A stretch of 64,000 bases of DNA from an uncultured Thermoleophilia bacterium (GTDB lineage Bacteria > Actinomycetota > Thermoleophilia > Solirubrobacterales > 70-9), in contig CAWAUB010000010.1 in assembly GCA_963785155.1 (NCBI GenBank), positions 1,829 through 65,828 on the forward strand. Direction: 5' to 3'. Both the position numbers and the translations under genes were made by a program. Shown piece after piece: positions 31,366 through 38,739 of the stretch (positions are counted from its first letter, which is position 1; every line of letters begins with the position of its first letter). The notes beneath the pieces are model-generated. The model did no database searches and had not been told where the DNA came from. It saw only the letters and a list, made by a program, of their open reading frames with translations.

Positions 31366-33390
31366 CTACCAGTGCACGCCGCGCATCAGGTATGCGAACG
31401 CGACGCCCTCCGAGGAGACGTCCTCCTCCTTGCGCTCCTCCTTCGCCCCATCCTCGCCCGCAGGTAGCGCCTTCTGCTTCCCCTTCGCCGCGCTCGAGTC
31501 CGGGAAGAGCTTGTAGCCCTGGTTGAGGATCGCGTCGGACATCTTCGGCGCGAGTGAGTAGAGGACCTCGCCGAAGGTCCCGAGGCGAGTCGCGATCTTC
31601 TTCGGCTTGTAGATGATCGCCCGCGAGACCATGTCCGCGGCCTCCTGCGGCGAGGAGGTCGGGAACGCGTCGTACATCTTCGTCGGCGCGATCATCGGCG
31701 TCCGCACGAGCGGCATGTGGATCGTCGTGATGTTGATCCCGTCGTCGATCACCTCCGAGCCGATGCAGCGGCTGAACGCGTCGAGCGCCGCCTTCGAGGC
31801 GACGTATGCCGAGAACCTCGGGGTGTTCGTCTGGACCCCGATCGAGCTGATGTTGATGATGTGCCCAGACTTCCGCTCGCGCATCACCGGCAGGATCTTC
31901 ATGATCAGCCTCAGCGCCCCGAAGTAGTTGAGCTGCATCGTCCGCTCGTAGTCGTGGAAGCGGTCGTAGGAGAGCGCGACCGAGCGCCGGATCGAGCGGC
32001 CCGCGTTGTTGACGAGGATGTCGACGTGCCCGTGCTCCGCGAGCACCTCGTCCGCCATCCGGTCGATGTCCTCGAGGTCGGAGAGGTCGCAGCGATGGAT
32101 GTGCGCCTCCCCTCCTCGTTCCTCGATCTCCTGCTTGGTCTCCTCGAGCTTCTCCGGGGTGCGGGCGACGAGCAGCGCCTTTCCGCCTGCGATGGCGATG
32201 TCGAGCGCCGCCGCCTTCCCGATCCCCGACGAGGCGCCGGTGATCATCACCGTCTTGCCGGTGACCGCGCCGGCGAGCGAGCGGTCCTTGAACAGGTCCG
32301 GGTCGAGGTTGCGCTCGTAGTAGTCCCAGAGCTTCGGCGCGTAGGTCTCGAGCGGCGGGACGTCGATGCCGGTGCCCTCGAGCGCCGCCTGCGCCTCGCG
32401 GCAATCGAAGTCGGTCGGATAGTTGATGTAGGTGAGGACCGAGCGCGGGATCCCGAGATCGCCGAGCACCGTGTCCGAGATCCGCTTTACCGGCGGCAGC
32501 ATCATCATCCCGCTGCGCACCGCGTCGGGGACGATCGCGAACATCTTCGGGTCCAGGCGCATGCCCATCTGGGGCGCGTGCGCGGCGCGGGCGAAGATGT
32601 TGATCACCTGTCCCGCCGTCTTCGGGTTCGGGTCGACGAGGTGGAACGCCTGCCCGTCGAGGCCGTCGAGGTGGGCGATGTGGTCCATCGCCTTGGCGAC
32701 GAAGTCGACCGGGACGATGTTGATGTTCTTGCCCTCGATCCCGATCGTGGGCATCCATGGCGGCAGGGCGTTGCGCAGCCGCTGGATCAGCTTGAAGAAG
32801 TAATAGGGGCCGTCGATCTTGTCCATCTCGCCGGTCTCGGAGTGGCCGACGACGATCCCCGGCCGGTAGACGCGCCAGGGCCGGGTGCACTCGTTGCGGA
32901 CGACCGCCTCCGAGTCGTGCTTGGTGCGGAAGTAGGGATTGGTGTCGAGATCCTGGGCCTCGTCGAACATCGACTCGTGGAACGTCCCCTTGAAGAGGCC
33001 GGCGGCGGCGATCGAGCTGACCATGTGCACGCGCCCGGCCTCGACCGCCTCGGCGAGCTCGACCATGTGCCTGGTGCCCTCGATGTTGGCGACCTTCTGC
33101 GACTCCTCGTCGGCGGTCATGTCGTAGATCGCCGCGAGGTGGAACATGTGGTCGACCTCGCCCTTGAGCTTGTCGAGGTCCTCGTCGGAGACTCCGAGCA
33201 GCGGCTGGGAGAGGTCGCCGATGACCGGCACGATCCGGCCGTCCTCCGCGCCCCAGCGGTTGATCAGCTCCTCGAGGCGGCCACGCGAGCCCTCCCGCAC
33301 GAGCACGTAGATCGTCCCGTCGCGTTCGAGCAGCTGCTCGACCAGGTTCCTGCCGATGAATCCCGTTGCGCCGGTGACGAAATAGGCCAC
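31366..33390 (-). CDS. Fused fatty acyl-CoA reductase (thioester-reductase domain) plus short-chain dehydrogenase, AcrA1 (Rv3391)-like
   Basis: The ORF is 674 aa. The N-terminal domain reads YFVTGATGFIGRNLVEQLL...HLAAIYDM. The C-terminal SDR reads VMITGASSGIGKAAAL...NNAG...YVASKAAL. Confidence 0.85.
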   Translation of the reverse strand: MAYFVTGATGFIGRNLVEQLLERDGTIYVLVREGSRGRLEELINRWGAEDGRIVPVIGDLSQPLLGVSDEDLDKLKGEVDHMFHLAAIYDMTADEESQKVANIEGTRHMVELAEAVEAGRVHMVSSIAAAGLFKGTFHESMFDEAQDLDTNPYFRTKHDSEAVVRNECTRPWRVYRPGIVVGHSETGEMDKIDGPYYFFKLIQRLRNALPPWMPTIGIEGKNINIVPVDFVAKAMDHIAHLDGLDGQAFHLVDPNPKTAGQVINIFARAAHAPQMGMRLDPKMFAIVPDAVRSGMMMLPPVKRISDTVLGDLGIPRSVLTYINYPTDFDCREAQAALEGTGIDVPPLETYAPKLWDYYERNLDPDLFKDRSLAGAVTGKTVMITGASSGIGKAAALDIAIAGGKALLVARTPEKLEETKQEIEERGGEAHIHRCDLSDLEDIDRMADEVLAEHGHVDILVNNAGRSIRRSVALSYDRFHDYERTMQLNYFGALRLIMKILPVMRERKSGHIINISSIGVQTNTPRFSAYVASKAALDAFSRCIGSEVIDDGINITTIHMPLVRTPMIAPTKMYDAFPTSSPQEAADMVSRAIIYKPKKIATRLGTFGEVLYSLAPKMSDAILNQGYKLFPDSSAAKGKQKALPAGEDGAKEERKEEDVSSEGVAFAYLMRGVHW

Positions 33391-33505
33391 GCTCTCTCCT
33401 CCTAAGTAATTACGCCGAATCCTCCGCTTCGCGTCCGGTTCGGCTCGATCTCATCTGCATGAGATTCCGCTTTTAGCCCTGCGGCGTGACCCTACACTCC
33501 GAGCG

Positions 33506-33883
33506 ATGGCCCTTCACCTCGACCCGGGCGAGCTGGAGCCACACCGCGAGGAGCGGACGGAGCTCCTCCCCGGCGCCGAGGAGAAGCGGAAGCTCACGCG
33601 CACCTGGCAGGTCGGAGGCGGCACCTTCGCCTGCCCCGCGTGCGATCTACCCGTTCACTTCGAGGGCTCACTCGAGCTGGGCGCCGCGCTCGCCTGCCCT
33701 TACTGCGACCGCGCCGCTCCGGCCCGCGACTTCCTCACCCTCACCGACGAGCCGCGGCCGGCACGGGTTCAGGTGACGGCGACGATCGGCTCAGGCGTCT
33801 TCGAGCAGGGCCAGCGCGATCGCCCCGCCCGCCGCGGCGGCGCCGGCGATGGCCATCACGAAGGCGCGGCCGCTCAGCGGTAG
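33506..33883 (+). CDS. Small zinc-ribbon protein (hypothetical)
   Basis: Two CxxC pairs are present (ACPACD, ACPYCD). The 3' end is uncertain because the track ORF overlaps the convergent gene 33791..34168. Confidence 0.35.
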   Translation: MALHLDPGELEPHREERTELLPGAEEKRKLTRTWQVGGGTFACPACDLPVHFEGSLELGAALACPYCDRAAPARDFLTLTDEPRPARVQVTATIGSGVFEQGQRDRPARRGGAGDGHHEGAAAQR

Positions 33884-34168
33884 GTCGTCCCCCGCCGCGG
33901 CGGTGGCGCCGAAGTCGACGACGTCGGCGAGGACGGCGGCGGCGAGCCAGGGCCGCAGCGCCTGGGTGTCGCCCATCGAGCGCAGGGTCCCGGCGGCGAT
34001 CACGAGGTCGCGGCCGCCCAGCGCGCGCCCGATGACGTGATTCGAGGTGCGCCGCGCCTCCTTCGGGCCGATCCACGGGCCGAGCAGGCGCGCGGGGTCG
34101 ACGATCGCCCCGATCCCGATCGCCGCACGGCCGATTGCATTGCCGAGGATGAGGGGCTTCGCGTCCAC
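33791..34168 (-). CDS. Small Gly/Ala-rich membrane protein (hypothetical)
   Basis: This is the last 125 codons of track ORF 33791..35008, starting at the GTG at 34168: VDAKPLILGNAIGRAAIGIGAIVDP...AFVMAIAGAAAAGGAIALALLEDA. The upstream part of the track ORF is antisense to the lipoyl-domain region. Confidence 0.4.
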   Translation of the reverse strand: MDAKPLILGNAIGRAAIGIGAIVDPARLLGPWIGPKEARRTSNHVIGRALGGRDLVIAAGTLRSMGDTQALRPWLAAAVLADVVDFGATAAAGDDLPLSGRAFVMAIAGAAAAGGAIALALLEDA

Positions 34169-34204
34169 CGCTGGCGATCGTATGCAAATAGACTCGACAG
34201 GGGA

Positions 34205-34522
34205 ATGGCGAGCACGACCACGGTCGACATCGAGATGCCCCAGATGGGGGAATCGGTGACCGAGGGCACCGTCCTCGAATGGCACAAGAACGAGGGCGAT
34301 TTCGTCGAGGAGGGCGAGACCATCGTCGAGGTCTCGACGGACAAGGTCGACGCCGAGGTGCCGGCCCCCACGAGCGGAACGATCGCCAAGGTGCTGAAGC
34401 AGCCCGACGACGTCGTGAAGGTGGGCGAGGTGCTGGCCCAGCTCGAGCCGGGCGAAAATGGAGCCCAGCCCTCCGCGGACCCGGCCGCCCCCGGACGCGA
34501 AGCGGAGGAGGCGGACGCCTGA
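34205..34522 (+). CDS. Lipoyl domain 1 (E2-type lipoyl-attachment domain), ending at a TGA inside the linker
   Basis: MASTTTVDIEMPQMGESVTEGTVLEWHKNEGDFVEEGETIVEVSTDKVDAEVPAPTSGTIAKVLKQPDDVVKVGEVLAQLE, followed by a linker. The lipoyl-lysine lies in STDKVD. The ATG at 34205 follows AGGGGA. Confidence 0.75.
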   Translation: MASTTTVDIEMPQMGESVTEGTVLEWHKNEGDFVEEGETIVEVSTDKVDAEVPAPTSGTIAKVLKQPDDVVKVGEVLAQLEPGENGAQPSADPAAPGREAEEADA

Positions 34523-34590
34523 TCGAAGGCGGCGGCGAGGGCGACCAGGACCTCGGCGACGACGACGTCGACGGTCCGACGAGCCCGCAG

Positions 34591-34998
34591 CCGGGGTCTG
34601 ACCCGAGCCCGGACGGAAGCGTCGGAGCCCGCGGAGGCGCAGGGGTCTGACCCCATCAGTCGAAGCCGAGTCCGCCCAGCTGACGATGCCTGAAATGGGC
34701 GAATCGGTCACCGAGGGCACCGTCCTCGAGTGGCATAAGCAGGAGGGCGAGAGCTTCGCCGAGGGCGACACGCTGGTCGAGGTCTCGACCGACAAGGTCG
34801 ACGCCGAGGTGCCCGCGCCGGGCGACGGCACCCTGACCAAGATCCTCAAGCAGCCCGACGAGATCGTGAAGGTGGGCGAGGCGCTGGCCGACCTGTAGCC
34901 TGGGAGCGAGCGCGGGAGGAGAACCGAGCGCGGGGTCTGAGCCCGAGCCCAGCGGCAACGCCGGAGCCCGCGGCGAACAGGGGTCTGACCCCACAGTC
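34591..34998 (+). repeat. Two homologous linker segments (34591-34660 and 34930-34998), each carrying two copies of a GGGGTCTGA(C/G)CC motif
   Basis: This is from direct reading. The motif is GGGGTCTGACCCG at 34593, GGGGTCTGACCCC at 34642-34654 and GGGGTCTGAGCCC at 34932. The fourth copy is GGGGTCTGACCCC at 34980-34992. The two perfect copies are inverted repeats (GGGGTC-T-GACCCC). Confidence 0.7.
34686..34898 (+). CDS. Lipoyl domain 2, with no convincing independent start, ending at a TAG
   Basis: MPEMGESVTEGTVLEWHKQEGESFAEGDTLVEVSTDKVDAEVPAPGDGTLTKILKQPDEIVKVGEALADL. The first beta-strand residues (SAQLT) lie upstream of the ATG in the same frame. The TAG at 34896 aligns with GAG of domain 1. 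Confidence 0.65.
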   Translation: MPEMGESVTEGTVLEWHKQEGESFAEGDTLVEVSTDKVDAEVPAPGDGTLTKILKQPDEIVKVGEALADL

Positions 34999-35073
34999 GC
35001 CACCCCAACCGGCGACGCCGACGGCAAGGCCTCCCCCGTAGCCCGTCGCGTAGCGGCGGCGAAGGGCGTCGAC

Positions 35074-38000
35074 TTGACTTCCGTCCGGGGCACCGGGATC
35101 GGCGGCAAGATCACCCGCGACGACGTGCTGATGGCCGCCGGTGGCGGCAACGGAGCCGCTCCCTCCGCCGCGCCGGCGCCGCCGGCCGAGGCCGAAACGA
35201 AGGTCCTACGCGGGCCCGCCGGGATGCTCGCGCAGGCGATGAACGAGAGCCGCGAGATGCCCACGGCCACCTCGTTCCGCACCCTTCCGGTCGACGTCCT
35301 CGATGCGAAGCGCAAGGCGCTGAACGGCGTCCTGAAGGACCGGGGCATGAAGCTGTCCTTCACCCACCTGATCGCCTGGGCGATCGTCCGCGCGGCGGCC
35401 GAGGACCACCCGTCGATGGCCCGCACCTACGCCGAGGAGGGCGGCAAGCCGGTCCTCGTCGACCACGGCCAGGTCAACCTGGGGATCGCCGTCGACGTCG
35501 AGCGCAAGGGCGAGCGCAGCCTGATGGTGCCCTGCATCAAGGGAGCGGACGGCGGCGGCTTCGACAGCTTCCACGCGATGTACGAGGAGCTGATCACCAA
35601 GACCCGAGAGAACAAGCTGACCGCGGACGACTTCCAGGGCACCAACATCACCCTGACCAACCCGGGCGGGATCGGCACGATCGCCTCGGTGCCGCGGCTG
35701 ATGAAGGGTCAGGGCACGATCGTCGCGACCGGCTCGATCGCGCTGCCGGTCGAGTGGACGCACGCGCCTCCGGAGAAGACCAAGTCGCTCGGAATCTCGA
35801 AGGTGATGACGATGACGTCCACCTACGACCACCGGATCATCCAGGGCGCCGAATCCGGCGCGTTCTTGCGCCGGATCGAGCAGCTCCTGCTCGGCGAGGA
35901 CTCCTTCTACGAGTCGGTCGCCGAGGACCTCGAGGTCAGCACCAACATCGTCAGCAAGGCTCACCCCGCCTCCGCCTCCGCCCCGCCGATGCCCGCCGCG
36001 GCCGCCGCCGCGCCATCCGCGGTCACCACCGCAAAGCCCGACGAAGAGCTGCTGCAGGCGGTGCAGGCGGCGACCTCCTTGCTCAAGGCCTACCGCACTC
36101 ACGGCCACCTCGCCGCGCGGCTCGACCCGCTCGGCTCCGAGCCGAAGGGCGACCCGGCGATCCAGCCGGAGAACCTCAACCTGACCCCCGAGCTGATGGC
36201 CGACATCCCGGCCCACATCCTCCGCATCGGCGTCCAGGGCGAGACGCTGCTCGACGCGCTGCCGCGGATGCAGAGCGTCTACTGCGACACCGCCGGCTAC
36301 CAATTCGAGCACCTGTCATCACACCAGCAGCGGGTCTGGCTGCGCGAGATGATCGAGACCGCGTCGCACCGCAAGGCGCTCACATCCGACGAGAAGCGCC
36401 AGCTCCTGCATCGCCTGATCGACGTCTTCCAGTTCGAGCGCTTCATCCAGAAGGCCTACCTGGGGCAGAAGATGTTCTCGATCGAGGGCCTCGACGCGAC
36501 GGTGCCGATGCTCGACGAGGTCGCGACGATCGGCCAGCGCGACGGCGCGCGCGAGATCGTCCTCGGCATGGCCCATCGCGGCCGGCTCAGCGTCCTCGCC
36601 CACAACTTCGGCCGCTCGGTCGAGTCGATCTTCGCCGAGTTCGAGGGCGCGAAGGCGATCGACACGGTGAAGGCGGCGACCGCGATGCCACACGGCGGCA
36701 CGGGCGACGTCAAGTACCACCACGGGGCCGAGGGGATGTTCGACACCCGCGACGGCGAGCAGATCAAGATGCGCCTCTACCCGAACCCGAGCCACCTCGA
36801 GTTCGTCGACCCGGTCGTCGAGGGCGGCACGCGCGCCGACCAGACCGGTCACTCGGGGCCGAAGCTCCATCACAACCCCGAGTCGGTCGTCCCGGTGCTC
36901 CTGCATGGCGACGCCGCCTTCCCCGGCCAGGGCGTCGTCGCCGAGACGCTGAACCTGCAGGCGCTCGACGGCTACTCGACCGGCGGCACGATCCACATCA
37001 TCCAGAACAACCAGGTGGGCTTCACGACGAACCCGACTGAGAGCCGGTCGACCCCCTACGCCGCCGACATGGCGAAGGGCTTCAACGTCCCGATCATCCA
37101 CGTCAACGCCGACGACGTGGAGGCCTGCATCGGCGCGATCCGGCTCGCGATGGCCTACCGCAAGGAATGGGGGCGCGACGTCGTCATCGACCTGATCGGC
37201 TACCGCCGCTACGGACACAACGAATCCGACGAGCCCGCCTACACGCAGCCGAAGATGGCTGGGGCGATCAAGGAGCACGCGCCCGTCTCCGAGCTCTACG
37301 CGGAGAAGATGGTCAAGGAGGGCGTCGTCACCGTCGAGGACGTCGACACCGAGGCGAAGGAGCGCCGCGAAGACCTCTCGAGCCGGCTCAAGGACCTGAG
37401 GGCGAAGATCGAGCTCGGTGAGTACGAGGACCCGAGCTCGACCGCGGTCGGCACCGGCGAGCTCGACCGCTCGAAGAGCCCCGAGGTCGAGACGGCGGTC
37501 AAGGAGAAGCGCCTTCGCTCCCTCAACGAAGAGCTGCTCCAGGTTCCGGAGAGCTTCTCGATCCACCGCAAGCTGCGCAAGCCGCTGCTCCGCCGCGACG
37601 ATCTACTCGAGAACGGGCCGATCGAGTTCGGCCACGCCGAGGCGCTCGCCTTCGCGACGCTCCTCACGGAGGGGACCCACATCCGCCTGACCGGCCAGGA
37701 CTCCGAGCGCGGCACCTTCTCCCACCGCCACCTGACCCTGCACGACGAGAAGACGGGGCTCGAGTACTCGCCGATCCAGAACCTCTCCGGCGCCCTCGCC
37801 CCGTTCGAGCTCTACAACAGCCCGCTCTCGGAGATCGCCTGCCTGGGCTTCGAGTACGGCTACGCCGCCGCCTCACCGGAGAGCCTGATCCTCTGGGAGG
37901 CGCAATTCGGCGACTTCGCCAACGCGGCGCAGGTGATCATCGACAGCTTCATCGTCTCCGGCGAGGCGAAGTGGGGCCAGATGACGCGGCTCACCCTGCT

Positions 38001-38652
38001 CCTCCCGCACGGCTACGAGGGCTCCGGCCCCGAGCACTCGAGCGCCCGCATCGAGCGCTTCCTCGCCCTCGGTGCCGAGGGCAACATCCGCATCGCCAAC
38101 CCGACCACCGCGGCCCAGTACTTCCACCTGCTCCGCCGCCAGGCGCGGATCGCGAAGGCGCGGCCCCTGATCGTCTTCACCCCGAAGGGCCTGCTGCGGC
38201 TCGAAGCCGCGGCGTCGAAGCTCTCGGACCTGACCGAGGGCAGCTTCCAGTTCGTCATCGACGACCCGCGCGCCGAGGGCCGCCACGAGGAGATCGAGCG
38301 CCTCGTGCTGTGCTCGGGCAAGGTCTATTACGACATCGACGCGAGCGAGAACCGCGAGAAGGCGAAGACGACCGCGGTCGCCCGGGTCGAGCTGCTCTAC
38401 CCGTTCGCCCGCAGCGAGCTGACCGAGCTGATCGGCAGCTACCCCAACCTGAAGCAGGTGGTCTGGGCCCAGGAGGAACCGCAGAACATGGGCCCGTACA
38501 AGGTCCTCTCGCGGCGGATCGAGAAGCTCGTCCCCAAGGGCACCGAGTTCCGTTACATCGGCCGCCCGCAGCGCGCGGCGCCCTCCGAGGGCTACCCCGC
38601 GGCGCACCGCAACGAACAGACGCGCATCGTCCTCACGGCCCTTCAGGGCTGA
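35074..38652 (+). CDS. kgd: Multifunctional 2-oxoglutarate dehydrogenase, Kgd/OdhA type: E3-binding domain, E2 acyltransferase domain and E1o
   Basis: The track ORF is 1192 aa. The frame is open upstream to 34897 and already encodes ASPVARRVAAAKGVDLTSVRGTGIGGKITRDDV (PSBD). The E2 core reads FTHLIAWAIV...TSTYDHRIIQGAESGAFLRRIEQLL. The E1o part reads AYRTHGHLAARLDPLG...GMAHRGRLSVLAH...HGDAAFPGQGVV...FGDFANAAQVIID. Confidence 0.9.
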   Translation: MTSVRGTGIGGKITRDDVLMAAGGGNGAAPSAAPAPPAEAETKVLRGPAGMLAQAMNESREMPTATSFRTLPVDVLDAKRKALNGVLKDRGMKLSFTHLIAWAIVRAAAEDHPSMARTYAEEGGKPVLVDHGQVNLGIAVDVERKGERSLMVPCIKGADGGGFDSFHAMYEELITKTRENKLTADDFQGTNITLTNPGGIGTIASVPRLMKGQGTIVATGSIALPVEWTHAPPEKTKSLGISKVMTMTSTYDHRIIQGAESGAFLRRIEQLLLGEDSFYESVAEDLEVSTNIVSKAHPASASAPPMPAAAAAAPSAVTTAKPDEELLQAVQAATSLLKAYRTHGHLAARLDPLGSEPKGDPAIQPENLNLTPELMADIPAHILRIGVQGETLLDALPRMQSVYCDTAGYQFEHLSSHQQRVWLREMIETASHRKALTSDEKRQLLHRLIDVFQFERFIQKAYLGQKMFSIEGLDATVPMLDEVATIGQRDGAREIVLGMAHRGRLSVLAHNFGRSVESIFAEFEGAKAIDTVKAATAMPHGGTGDVKYHHGAEGMFDTRDGEQIKMRLYPNPSHLEFVDPVVEGGTRADQTGHSGPKLHHNPESVVPVLLHGDAAFPGQGVVAETLNLQALDGYSTGGTIHIIQNNQVGFTTNPTESRSTPYAADMAKGFNVPIIHVNADDVEACIGAIRLAMAYRKEWGRDVVIDLIGYRRYGHNESDEPAYTQPKMAGAIKEHAPVSELYAEKMVKEGVVTVEDVDTEAKERREDLSSRLKDLRAKIELGEYEDPSSTAVGTGELDRSKSPEVETAVKEKRLRSLNEELLQVPESFSIHRKLRKPLLRRDDLLENGPIEFGHAEALAFATLLTEGTHIRLTGQDSERGTFSHRHLTLHDEKTGLEYSPIQNLSGALAPFELYNSPLSEIACLGFEYGYAAASPESLILWEAQFGDFANAAQVIIDSFIVSGEAKWGQMTRLTLLLPHGYEGSGPEHSSARIERFLALGAEGNIRIANPTTAAQYFHLLRRQARIAKARPLIVFTPKGLLRLEAAASKLSDLTEGSFQFVIDDPRAEGRHEEIERLVLCSGKVYYDIDASENREKAKTTAVARVELLYPFARSELTELIGSYPNLKQVVWAQEEPQNMGPYKVLSRRIEKLVPKGTEFRYIGRPQRAAPSEGYPAAHRNEQTRIVLTALQG

Positions 38653-38739
38653 CGCAACTCGCGGGCTTTCCGCCCCGCAAGTCCGGCCACACCGCGACGT
38701 ATAGTCGCAAGCGGTGTTTCTAGCGCCGAAGAGCGCGAT

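Noticed and set aside
34591-34998. The GGGGTCTGACCCC repeats as a REP/MITE-type mobile element or CRISPR-like array.
   Set aside because: There are only four copies. They are embedded in homologous coding linkers of a duplicated domain, with no regular spacer structure and no terminal inverted repeats or target duplications.
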